Shown here piece by piece: positions 19,502 through 28,254 of a stretch of 37,062 nt of DNA. The stretch's first letter is position 1. Each line of letters begins with the position of its first letter. Position numbers and translations under genes: made by a program. Source of the stretch: a virus. Its lineage: Duplodnaviria > Heunggongvirae > Uroviricota > Caudoviricetes. Where the stretch lies: IMG/VR virus record IMGVR_UViG_2718218435_000004; one strand, 5' to 3'. Under the pieces are notes generated by a model, which saw only the letters and a list, made by a program, of their open reading frames with translations, was not told the DNA's origin and ran no database searches.

Positions 19502-20251
19502 ATGATGAATCATCTTTACGAACAACTGACCGCACTTAAACTCACCGGCTTCCGTGATGCGCTTAAAAAGCAACTTGCTCAGCCGGGCACATACCAGGAG
19601 CTGGGCTTCGAAGAACGCCTGTCATTACTGACAGCAGAAGAACTAACCTGCCGTGAAAACAGGAAGGCAGAGCGTCTGATCAAACATGCACGGTTCAGAC
19701 TTAATGCTGAGTTATCAAAGCTGGATTATCGTAACAATAGAGGGCTGGACAGGGCCCTCATCCGTTCACTCAGTCAGGGAAACTGGTTAACCCTGAAACA
19801 AAATATTTTACTGACCGGGGCCACCGGCAGCGGTAAAACGTTCCTGGCATGTGCACTTGGTCATAATGCCTGCCGACAGGGATACAAGGTCTACTATTAT
19901 CGCCTTAAAGCGCTGATGGAACAGTGCTATCAGGGGCATGCTGATGGAAGATACAGCAAACTTTTGACCAGGCTGAATAATAGCGATCTGCTGCTTCTGG
20001 ATGACTGGGGGCTGGAACCTCTCTCATCAGAACAGCGTAGCGACCTGCTGGAAATAGTGGATCTGATGTACCAACGAGGCTCAATCATCGTAGTGAGCCA
20101 GTTGCCGGTGGAAAACTGGTACAAAATGATCGGAGACTCCACACATGCGGATGCCATCCTAGATCGACTGGTTCATGGCAGTATCAAGATCGAACTTAAA
20201 GGAGAATCAATGCGGAAAATACAATCTCCGTTGACCGAAGGAGATCAGTGA
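19502..20251 (+). CDS. istB: IS21-family helper ATPase IstB
   Basis: 249 aa with Walker A GATGSGKT and Walker B LLLLDDWG, typical of IstB AAA+ proteins. Confidence 0.9.
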   Translation: MMNHLYEQLTALKLTGFRDALKKQLAQPGTYQELGFEERLSLLTAEELTCRENRKAERLIKHARFRLNAELSKLDYRNNRGLDRALIRSLSQGNWLTLKQNILLTGATGSGKTFLACALGHNACRQGYKVYYYRLKALMEQCYQGHADGRYSKLLTRLNNSDLLLLDDWGLEPLSSEQRSDLLEIVDLMYQRGSIIVVSQLPVENWYKMIGDSTHADAILDRLVHGSIKIELKGESMRKIQSPLTEGDQ

Positions 20252-20304
20252 AGGTAATTTAAAAACGGTTCTGTGAAAGTGACACGAACCGATCTCCATC
20301 GATG

Positions 20305-20538
20305 TTACTCACCGATCTCCTTCACGGTAATACGCAACTCCCACAGATTGACAGTTTCAGCCACGGGCGCGGTCTGAACGTCGGGCAGTTCGACGGCGGT
20401 GCCGTGCGGCAGCACCGCACCCAGTTCAGCCAGTCCCGGATTTGCGGCGAGCACGGCCTCGACCACGCCCTCAGTGCGCCCGTAATACCGGACACAGATG
20501 GCGTCGAGCGTGTCGCCCTGTAGCGCAAAGGTCTTCAT
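20305..20538 (-). CDS. X: Tail protein X with its C-terminus altered by the IS insertion
   Basis: MKTFALQGDTLDAICVRYYGRTEGVVEAVLAANPGLAELGAVLPHGTAVELPDVQTAPVAETVNLWE matches P2 gpX (67 aa), but the reading frame now continues 10 codons (LRITVKEIGE) into the IS right end before a stop. Confidence 0.8.
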   Translation of the reverse strand: MKTFALQGDTLDAICVRYYGRTEGVVEAVLAANPGLAELGAVLPHGTAVELPDVQTAPVAETVNLWELRITVKEIGE

Positions 20539-21047
20539 CAGATTTGACTCACAATGCAGCGCGGCTTGTCCTGGATTCGCGCCACTGCCCAGCGCATATC
20601 CCGCCACAGCTCATCAATGGTGCTGTCAATGCTGTCGGCCTTCTTGTCGCCTTTGGCACTGGCATCCACGCCGCGATAACGCTCATAAAGCGATGCGGTC
20701 GCCATCGCACACACGGCGCGCTCGTAGTAAAAAACTTTGATGCTTTCACCGTCGATGTCGTCCGCCGGGACGTCCGCCAGACGCGTAAAACCGGCGGCAA
20801 TTTTCTGTTCGCGGTACTCGTACAGCTCCGCATTAGTTTCAGCCATGCCTGACTTGATGGCCTCACGCAGACGGGCGGGGGCGACGGTCTGCTCAAGGCG
20901 CATACGTTCCCGGACGCGCTTCGGGTCGATATCGGGAAAAAAGAACGTGTTTTTAATCACCGGCTCGTCGCCTGCCGGTTGCGGGATGACCACCGTACCC
21001 TCACCGGACACGGGAGCCTCCTTTCGCGGAATAATCAGCGTCATCAT
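20538..21047 (-). CDS. L: Capsid completion protein L
   Basis: Internal start MMTLIIPRKEAPVSGEG... gives 169 aa, matching P2 gpL. Confidence 0.9.
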   Translation of the reverse strand: MMTLIIPRKEAPVSGEGTVVIPQPAGDEPVIKNTFFFPDIDPKRVRERMRLEQTVAPARLREAIKSGMAETNAELYEYREQKIAAGFTRLADVPADDIDGESIKVFYYERAVCAMATASLYERYRGVDASAKGDKKADSIDSTIDELWRDMRWAVARIQDKPRCIVSQI

Positions 21048-21146
21048 GACCACCTCTGAAAAGTCGGGCGGTGGACGCCGGTGCAGTGTCAGGTGATTCA
21101 CCCTCACTGACCGGCGTGCCGCCCTGGCGCGGGGCGCATTCGGTTG

Positions 21147-21890
21147 TTAACTGGCTTTCTTTTTCGGGCGTCCACGTTTTGCCGGTGTCACGCTCCGGGT
21201 CTTACGCGGGGTACGGGTGGCCGCTTTTGGCTGCGGCTCCGTCTTCGGTTTCAGCTCCCGCTCCAGTCGTTCAATCTCTTTTTTGACGCCTGCCTGACAG
21301 TCGAGCTGTGTCGCTCGTTGCAGGTGAGCCAGCGCACCGGCGGCATCACCAGCGTCACGCAGAAACAGACCGGTGATTTTGTGCAGCTTTGCGCGCACTT
21401 CATCAGGCATGTCAGCCGTGGCTGTCAGTTCGAGGGTGTCCGTCAGCAGGCGGGTATCCACAGACTCACCGGCAGCGTGAGCGCGCATGGCCGCAAGCGC
21501 TACCTCCTCGGTGAACATGTACGGCGGGGTGCGGCGGTGTTTACCCGGCATGGTCAGACCGTATTTCAGGGCATAACGGGCAATCTCCAGCGCACCGGCA
21601 ATATCGCCGGTATCCAGACGCCACAGCATGACCGTCATCAGAATGTCATCCTGTGCGCCTTTGCCCTGCTCCAGTACGCCGTTCACCCACGGCAACCAGA
21701 ACGGCAGCAGTTCGCGTTTTTTCGCGGCCTTCAGCTCTTTTGAATAAATCGCTTTCAGTGTGCGCTGGTCTGCGGCCAGCTTAACCAGCATCTGCTCATA
21801 GACAGTTGCATGTCGCAGCGGGGCGGCTTCCCGCTGCGCGGTTATCGCTGCCGAGACCCGCATCATGTGGCGCTGTGCGGGACTCGTCAT
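21147..21890 (-). CDS. M: Terminase small subunit M
   Basis: 247 aa, matches P2 gpM; basic Lys/Arg-rich C-terminus. Confidence 0.9.
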   Translation of the reverse strand: MTSPAQRHMMRVSAAITAQREAAPLRHATVYEQMLVKLAADQRTLKAIYSKELKAAKKRELLPFWLPWVNGVLEQGKGAQDDILMTVMLWRLDTGDIAGALEIARYALKYGLTMPGKHRRTPPYMFTEEVALAAMRAHAAGESVDTRLLTDTLELTATADMPDEVRAKLHKITGLFLRDAGDAAGALAHLQRATQLDCQAGVKKEIERLERELKPKTEPQPKAATRTPRKTRSVTPAKRGRPKKKAS

Positions 21891-21893
21891 CGG

Positions 21894-22967
21894 TTACGCT
21901 CCCGGCTCTGCGGTCGCTTTAGCCGGTGTGGAAAAATCACCGACCTTGATTTTTTCCACCAGACAACCGGCGGCGTAGTCTTCCACCACGTAATCAATGT
22001 TCATTGACTCGTAGTTCTCCACGCGGTCGAGTTTCGGGTTTTCCTCAATCACGCGGCGATGGCTGTCATCCATGTAGTAGATGGACAGGTTTTCCAGCTT
22101 CGTGATGAGCATCGCATCCGCCGGGAAGTACGGGACGCGTACCGCCGGCAGGTTACCGATGCGTTTCTGGCTGATGATGACGTCAGCGGCCAGCATTTCG
22201 CTGTTGTCCTGCTCCTTGTTGACGATGGGGAAATACTTGTCCGCCAGTAGCTGACGTCCCACAATCACCACAAGGTCAGGGTCTTCCTGATACCACGGTT
22301 CAATCAGGTTGTTGGTCGCATCCATCACCAGTGCATCGAGGCTGGCATAATCACCGCCCTTACCCACGCGGATGACCTCAGAGGTGGTGTGACCTTCCTC
22401 GTCAGTAACCTTGCTCATCACGCGCGCCGGGGCTTCATTGCGGTATTTCTGCAGCCAGCCGACCGCCACATCCTGCAGCATCGGATTGCTGCTGCGGTCA
22501 GAGGTTTCGGCACGCTTCACGCCGTTAAAACCGGCCATGATGAAATCAAGGGACTGGCGTTTGATAATGGCGTTACGGACACGGAGCTGGAAATCCTGAT
22601 AACGCGCCCACAGGTCCAGCGTTTTGTAGCGGATATAAAAATCGAAGTTAATCTGGTCGCATTCGTACTTGTTTGACGCCAGCTTCGAGAAGTCCTTCGG
22701 CTGACGCTCGGTGCCACCGGCGGTGTCGGTGGTGCTGGCGATGGAGCCGGTGACACCAATACCAATTTTTTCCCCTTTCATTTCGCTGACCGGCACAATG
22801 TTGATGCGGGTCAGAAAGTCAGAGGACTCCTGCATGGTGTTCATCAGGGTCTGGGTGACCGACGGTTCAACGGTGAATTTTTTCGACACATCACCGGCGT
22901 CGATGCCGTTCAGTTCGGCAACACGGGACAGGTAAGCATTAAATTTAAAGCGGGTTTCCTGGCGCAT
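21894..22967 (-). CDS. N: Major capsid protein N
   Basis: 357 aa, matches P2 gpN. Confidence 0.9.
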   Translation of the reverse strand: MRQETRFKFNAYLSRVAELNGIDAGDVSKKFTVEPSVTQTLMNTMQESSDFLTRINIVPVSEMKGEKIGIGVTGSIASTTDTAGGTERQPKDFSKLASNKYECDQINFDFYIRYKTLDLWARYQDFQLRVRNAIIKRQSLDFIMAGFNGVKRAETSDRSSNPMLQDVAVGWLQKYRNEAPARVMSKVTDEEGHTTSEVIRVGKGGDYASLDALVMDATNNLIEPWYQEDPDLVVIVGRQLLADKYFPIVNKEQDNSEMLAADVIISQKRIGNLPAVRVPYFPADAMLITKLENLSIYYMDDSHRRVIEENPKLDRVENYESMNIDYVVEDYAAGCLVEKIKVGDFSTPAKATAEPGA

Positions 22968-23025
22968 AGTTTTTCCTGAAATTAAGGGTTAATCGTGAAG
23001 GTTTTCCCGGACTGACTGACGCCGG

Positions 23026-23880
23026 TCAGCAGTTCGTCATCAGGGCGTCACCGCCACCACCGGTGGCCTTGCTGCGGCGCTGCTGGGTCAGACTTTCGGT
23101 GTGGTCGAGACTGTTTTTCAGGCGGGTGAATGCCTGGCTGGTTTCATCCGCCCTGTCAGTCACCTCCTGCTTAAGTGCGGAAAAGGCAGTTTCCATCTCA
23201 GAGAGGCGCTGCTCAGTGGCGCTCAGTTTTTCCTGCACATGTTCAGCAACAGCGGTCACCGCTTCATGCACGTCATTCAGACGGGCGTCATCGCTGGCCT
23301 GTTTGCGGCCAAAAATGGATTTCACCTTTTCGGTCAGGGCGGTGAACACGGTTTCAGGCAGGTCTTCAAATTCCAGCTCAACAGGCGTTGCCACTGAAAT
23401 CAGGTTTTCAGGGCTTAATTTGAAGCGGTTCAGGGGGTTGTGTTTTGCCGTGCGGCAGAATTCCAGGTATTCCGTGCCGAGGCTTGCCGGGTCATCGGTG
23501 ACGGCCAGACCCACCAGATAACATTTGCCGGTGTTGGCAAAGTTCGGCTGAATTTCCATTGAGGTGTAGACCTTCTGCGCGGCCTTGTTCATCGCGATAA
23601 GGTCATCGGTCGGGGTGATTTTCGCAAACAGCGCCCATTTGCCTTTCAGCGCCGAATCATCGTCAATCTTTTCGGCCTTCAGTTCGGCCACATCGCCATA
23701 ACGCTTAAAAATACCGTCAGGCAGGATGCCGCGCAGATGTTCCAGGTTAATGCGGCAACCATAGACTCGCGGGTCAAAGGTTTCGGCCATTTCCTGAATA
23801 TCCTGCGCACTGATGACACGCCCGTCACAGGTGTCACCCTCAACGCCGATACGAAAGAATTTTGAGACTTTTTTTGCCAT
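23026..23880 (-). CDS. O: Capsid scaffolding protein O
   Basis: Internal start MAKKVSKFFRIGVEGDTCDGRV... gives 284 aa, matching P2 gpO. Confidence 0.9.
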   Translation of the reverse strand: MAKKVSKFFRIGVEGDTCDGRVISAQDIQEMAETFDPRVYGCRINLEHLRGILPDGIFKRYGDVAELKAEKIDDDSALKGKWALFAKITPTDDLIAMNKAAQKVYTSMEIQPNFANTGKCYLVGLAVTDDPASLGTEYLEFCRTAKHNPLNRFKLSPENLISVATPVELEFEDLPETVFTALTEKVKSIFGRKQASDDARLNDVHEAVTAVAEHVQEKLSATEQRLSEMETAFSALKQEVTDRADETSQAFTRLKNSLDHTESLTQQRRSKATGGGGDALMTNC

Positions 23881-24053
23881 TGTCAGGAGTCCTGAATAGT
23901 GATTAGAGGAGTCACATGTCGGCATCAGTTTCCCGACGATACGCATCCTCCGCCATCAGTCCCGGATGGCTTATCACTGACACAACAGCACCTTAGCGAA
24001 TCGCGGGGCGCGACTCAGTAGCCTTGCCGTGTATTCATCACGGCGAGGTATTC
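23881..24053. promoter_or_regulatory. Divergent late promoter region between O and P (expected Ogr-dependent P_O / P_P)
   Basis: Intergenic region between divergently transcribed O and P, where P2 has its two late promoters. Contains dyads gtcgg-N10-ccgac (about 23918-23937) and ccgtg-N7-cacgg (about 24027-24043); no exact TGT-N12-ACA was found. Confidence 0.45.
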
Positions 24054-25826
24054 ATGACCATCACCACAGACACCACTCTTTTACACGACCCGCGTCGTCA
24101 GGCGGCGCTGCTGTACTGGCAGGGGTTTTCCGTGCCGCAGATTGCCGCCATGTTGCAGATGAAACGCCCGACGGTGCAGAGCTGGAAACAGCGCGACGGC
24201 TGGGACAGCGTTGCCCCCATCAGCCGTGTCGAAATGAGTCTGGAAGCGCGACTGACCCAGCTCATCATCAAACCGCAGAAAACCGGCGGTGACTTCAAGG
24301 AAATTGACCTGCTGGGACGCCAGATTGAACGACTGGCACGGGTAAACCGCTACAGTCAGACCGGCAACGAGGCAGACCTTAATCCGAACGTCGCTAACCG
24401 CAACAAAGGCGGGCGTCGCAAACCGAAAAAGAATTTTTTCAGTGACGAGGCCATCGAAAAGCTGGAGCAGATTTTCTTTGAGCAGTCTTTCGAATATCAG
24501 TTGCACTGGTATCACGCCGGGCTTGAGCACCGCATCCGCGATATCCTGAAATCCCGCCAGATTGGCGCGACGTTTTATTTTTCCCGCGAGGCGCTGCTGC
24601 GCGCCCTGAAAACCGGTCATAACCAGATTTTTCTGTCGGCCAGTAAAACGCAGGCGTATGTGTTCCGCGAATACATCATCGCCTTTGCCCGTCTGGTTGA
24701 CGTTGACCTGACCGGTGACCCGATTGTCCTGGGCAATAACGGCGCAAAACTAATTTTTCTCGGCACCAACTCCAACACCGCACAGAGCCATAACGGCGAC
24801 CTGTACGTCGACGAGATTTTCTGGATCCCGAATTTTCAGGTACTGCGTAAGGTGGCATCAGGTATGGCCTCACAGAGTCACCTGCGCTCGACCTATTTCT
24901 CCACCCCGTCCACGCTGGCGCACGACGCCTACCCGTTCTGGTCGGGTGAACTGTTTAACCGGGGACGCGCCAGCGCCGCCGAACGCGTGGAAATCGACGT
25001 CAGTCATAACGCCCTTGCCGGTGGGCTTCTCTGTGCGGACGGCCAGTGGCGGCAGATTGTCACCATTGAGGACGCCCTGAAAGGCGGCTGCACGCTGTTC
25101 GACATTGAGCAGCTCAAACGCGAAAACAGCGCCGACGATTTTAAAAACCTGTTCATGTGTGAATTTGTTGACGACAAGGCGTCGGTATTCCCGTTCGAGG
25201 AGCTGCAACGCTGCATGGTCGACACGCTGGAAGAATGGGAAGACTATGCGCCGTTTGCCGCCAATCCGTTCGGCTCCCGCCCGGTATGGATTGGTTACGA
25301 CCCGTCACACCGTGGCGACAGCGCCGGATGCGTGGTGCTGGCACCGCCGGTGGTGGCCGGAGGTAAATTCAGAATACTTGAGCGTCACCAGTGGAAAGGC
25401 ATGGACTTTGCCACTCAGGCGGAATCCATCCGCAAACTCACCGAAAAATACAACGTCGAATACATCGGAATTGATGCCACCGGCCTCGGTGTCGGCGTGT
25501 TCCAGCTCGTGCGCTCGTTCTATCCCGCCGCGCGCGATATCCGCTACACGCCGGAAATGAAAACCGCAATGGTGCTCAAGGCAAAAGACGTCATCCGCCG
25601 TGGCTGTCTGGAATATGACGTCAGCGCCACCGACATCACCAGCTCGTTCATGGCTATCCGCAAGACCATGACCAGCAGCGGACGCAGCGCCACCTATGAG
25701 GCCAGCCGTAGCGAGGAAGCCAGCCACGCCGACCTCGCCTGGGCGACCATGCACGCCCTGTTAAATGAGCCACTCACCGCCGGTATCAGCACCCCGCTGA
25801 CATCCACCATTCTGGAGTTTTACTGA
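24054..25826 (+). CDS. P: Terminase large subunit P (ATPase/endonuclease)
   Basis: The ORF-track ORF begins at a TTG; the internal ATG with an AGG Shine-Dalgarno gives MTITTDTTLLHDPRRQAALLYWQGFSVPQIAAM..., 590 aa, matching P2 gpP. Confidence 0.9.
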   Translation: MTITTDTTLLHDPRRQAALLYWQGFSVPQIAAMLQMKRPTVQSWKQRDGWDSVAPISRVEMSLEARLTQLIIKPQKTGGDFKEIDLLGRQIERLARVNRYSQTGNEADLNPNVANRNKGGRRKPKKNFFSDEAIEKLEQIFFEQSFEYQLHWYHAGLEHRIRDILKSRQIGATFYFSREALLRALKTGHNQIFLSASKTQAYVFREYIIAFARLVDVDLTGDPIVLGNNGAKLIFLGTNSNTAQSHNGDLYVDEIFWIPNFQVLRKVASGMASQSHLRSTYFSTPSTLAHDAYPFWSGELFNRGRASAAERVEIDVSHNALAGGLLCADGQWRQIVTIEDALKGGCTLFDIEQLKRENSADDFKNLFMCEFVDDKASVFPFEELQRCMVDTLEEWEDYAPFAANPFGSRPVWIGYDPSHRGDSAGCVVLAPPVVAGGKFRILERHQWKGMDFATQAESIRKLTEKYNVEYIGIDATGLGVGVFQLVRSFYPAARDIRYTPEMKTAMVLKAKDVIRRGCLEYDVSATDITSSFMAIRKTMTSSGRSATYEASRSEEASHADLAWATMHALLNEPLTAGISTPLTSTILEFY

Positions 25827-26860
25827 TGAGCAAGAAAAAAGGGAAAACACCGCAACCTGCGGCAAAAAAAATGACCGCCAGCGCCCCGAAAATGGAGGCA
25901 TTCACCTTTGGTGAGCCGGTGCCGGTACTCGACCGCCGTGACATTCTGGATTACGTCGAGTGCATCAGTAACGGCAGATGGTATGAGCCACCAGTCAGCT
26001 TTACCGGTCTGGCAAAAAGCCTGCGTGCTGCCGTGCATCACAGCTCACCGATTTACGTCAAACGTAACATTCTGGCCTCAACGTTTATCCCACACCCGTG
26101 GCTTTCTCAGCAGGATTTCAGCCGCTTTGTGCTGGATTTTCTGGTATTCGGTAATGCGTTTCTGGAAAAGCGTTACAGCACCACCGGTAAGGTCATCAGA
26201 CTGGAAACCTCACCGGCAAAATATACCCGCCGTGGCGTGGAGGAGGATGTTTACTGGTGGGTGCCGTCCTTCAACGAGCCGACACCTTTCGCGCCCGGCT
26301 CCGTGTTTCACCTGCTGGAGCCGGATATTAATCAGGAGCTGTACGGTCTGCCGGAATATCTCAGCGCCCTTAACTCTGCCTGGCTGAATGAGTCGGCCAC
26401 GCTGTTCCGCCGCAAGTATTACGAAAACGGCGCTCATGCCGGATATATCATGTACGTCACTGATGCCGTGCAGGATCGCAACGATATCGAAATGCTTCGC
26501 GAAAACATGGTGAAGTCGAAAGGCCGCAACAACTTTAAAAACCTGTTTCTCTATGCCCCGCAGGGGAAAGCTGACGGCATTAAAATTATCCCGCTCAGTG
26601 AAGTGGCAACGAAGGACGATTTTTTTAATATCAAAAAAGCCAGCGCCGCTGACCTGCTGGACGCGCACCGCATCCCCTTTCAGTTGATGGGCGGCAAGCC
26701 GGAGAACGTCGGGTCGCTGGGTGATATTGAGAAAGTAGCAAAGGTCTTTGTCCGCAATGAGCTTATCCCGTTACAGGACAGGATCCGCGAGATAAACGGC
26801 TGGCTCGGTCAGGAGGTCATCCGATTTAAAAACTACTCACTGGACACTGACAACGGCTGA
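25826..26860 (+). CDS. Q: Portal protein Q
   Basis: 344 aa, matches P2 gpQ; ATG overlaps the P stop (TGATG). Confidence 0.9.
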   Translation: MSKKKGKTPQPAAKKMTASAPKMEAFTFGEPVPVLDRRDILDYVECISNGRWYEPPVSFTGLAKSLRAAVHHSSPIYVKRNILASTFIPHPWLSQQDFSRFVLDFLVFGNAFLEKRYSTTGKVIRLETSPAKYTRRGVEEDVYWWVPSFNEPTPFAPGSVFHLLEPDINQELYGLPEYLSALNSAWLNESATLFRRKYYENGAHAGYIMYVTDAVQDRNDIEMLRENMVKSKGRNNFKNLFLYAPQGKADGIKIIPLSEVATKDDFFNIKKASAADLLDAHRIPFQLMGGKPENVGSLGDIEKVAKVFVRNELIPLQDRIREINGWLGQEVIRFKNYSLDTDNG

Positions 26861-26865
26861 ACATC

Positions 26866-26887
26866 GCCGCCTGCGGGCGGCTTTTTT
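26866..26887 (+). terminator. Rho-independent terminator downstream of Q
   Basis: gccgcc-tgcg-ggcggc hairpin followed by T6. Confidence 0.6.
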
Positions 26888-27029
26888 ACACCCCGTCATC
26901 ACGCCCTCACACGTTCGCCACTGTACAAAACACCCCGCAGACACACCAACGCCCCGGCAGGCCGACTAAACGCCATCACGACGCGCTCAGACGCTGAAAA
27001 AATAAAATCAGCACCACCGCCAGCGCGCA

Positions 27030-27048
27030 GTGCTTTCCCCGCCTCGCC
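27030..27048. other. cos site: 19-nt cohesive-end sequence of P2-type phages
   Basis: gtgctttccccgcctcgcc is the reverse complement of GGCGAGGCGGGGAAAGCAC, which I recall as the P2 cohesive end; it sits in the expected place next to Q. Confidence 0.7.
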
Positions 27049-27247
27049 CGCCCGCTTCATGGGTCGGTTTTGATGCAATTACATTAGTCCATCAGAGCCT
27101 CATGGATTACACCATACGAAAACATCCTCAACCATTGAACATAGATGCAAATCCATGCACCCTATAGATTCATATACCATCCCTGATTGCAGGAATGAAT
27201 AACACATGCGACAATAAGAGCATTTTTCATAAGAGTAACGGTGACAC

Positions 27248-28252
27248 ATGGATCAGAGAATCCTTGAACATGAAGCGATTAAACAACTTAGCAAAAAATC
27301 AGTGCGCAAGTTGTTTGGGGTTCACGATATCCCTAGAGCCAGTTCACCATTTCGCTATCCAGGAGGTAAAGACAAACTTGCCTCATTTCTCGCTATTTTT
27401 CTTGTACATAATAAGTTAAATGGTGGCCGGTTTATTGAACCATTTTGTGGTGGTGCTGGAGCATCACTTTCTTTACTATTGGGCGGATATGTAAAAGAGA
27501 TCCACTTAAATGATAAGAACTATGCTTTATTTTGCTTTTGGGATCAATTAATTAACAACACTGATAATTTATTGGATATGGTATATCAGAATATACCATG
27601 CATTGACGATTGGCATAAACAAAAGAAAATCTACCAAACGAGTATTATTGACCCCAATAAATACACCAAACTCGAATATGGTTTTAGTGTATTCTATTTA
27701 AACAGAACAAACAGATCTGGAGTACTAAGCGCTGGGCCAATTGGCGGTTTAGACCAGTCTGGAAAATATAAAATTGATTGCAGATACACTGTAAGTACGC
27801 TTATTAAAAAGCTCGAAAAAATAGCTAGCATGCGTGACTCTATATTCGTTTATAACGAGCACTGCATTGATTTTTTAAAACGTTTCAATAGTAAAGATAA
27901 CTATGATCATGATTTCGTTTATCTAGATCCTCCTTATGTTAAAGAGGGGCGCAACATTTATTCAAAAAACTTTTGCTTCGATGACACTCAGCATCGCGAG
28001 CTTAAGGATTACATAGCTGGTTATGCAAATCGTTGGTTAATTTCTTATGACGATCACCCTCTAGTGCATGAATTATACTCAAAACATGGCACAAGAGCCG
28101 TTGAGATAAGTTACGCCATGAATAAAGCAAAAGTTGGAAAAGAATTAATGATAGCGGATTCTCGCTTAAGAATGCCAGAATCATTATTCTCTGTTGATAT
28201 ATTAAAATCTGGCGAAATACCAATGAAGAAAAAAGTAGTTAAAATGGCCTGA
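27248..28252 (+). CDS. Dam-like (D12-class) N6-adenine DNA methyltransferase
   Basis: 334 aa with FRYPGGK near the N-terminus, the SAM-binding motif EPFCGGAGAS and the catalytic DPPY motif; AT-rich; lies where P2 has old/tin. Confidence 0.85.
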   Translation: MDQRILEHEAIKQLSKKSVRKLFGVHDIPRASSPFRYPGGKDKLASFLAIFLVHNKLNGGRFIEPFCGGAGASLSLLLGGYVKEIHLNDKNYALFCFWDQLINNTDNLLDMVYQNIPCIDDWHKQKKIYQTSIIDPNKYTKLEYGFSVFYLNRTNRSGVLSAGPIGGLDQSGKYKIDCRYTVSTLIKKLEKIASMRDSIFVYNEHCIDFLKRFNSKDNYDHDFVYLDPPYVKEGRNIYSKNFCFDDTQHRELKDYIAGYANRWLISYDDHPLVHELYSKHGTRAVEISYAMNKAKVGKELMIADSRLRMPESLFSVDILKSGEIPMKKKVVKMA

Positions 28253-28254
28253 TA

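Larger units (their letters stand above)
17756..20336 (+). mobile_element. Intact IS21-family insertion sequence (about 2.58 kb) between phage genes X and Y
   Basis: istA + istB gene pair; imperfect terminal inverted repeats starting 5'-TGCGTATT (left tgcgtattttcatgaaaggagatc, right reverse-complement tgcgtattaccgtgaaggagatc) with further internal copies of taacatcgatggagatc; flanked by a 5-bp direct repeat ACTCC (about 17751-17755 and 20337-20341). Removing the element restores ...NLWE-TAA-CGC-ATG, the expected X stop / Y start junction. Boundaries are within about 2 bp. Confidence 0.85.

Noticed and set aside
20302-21743. Multiple overlapping ORFs on both strands across X, L and M (e.g. 136, 115, 119, 199 aa)
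   Set aside because: Alternative frames of identified head genes; Arg/Pro/Ser-rich.
24029-25754. ORFs on both strands inside the terminase gene P (e.g. 179, 112, 151, 149 aa)
   Set aside because: Embedded in or antisense to P, which is confidently identified.
27195-27419. 74-aa + strand ORF overlapping the start of the methyltransferase gene
   Set aside because: Different frame, overlapping a gene with clear MTase motifs and its own start; likely spurious.
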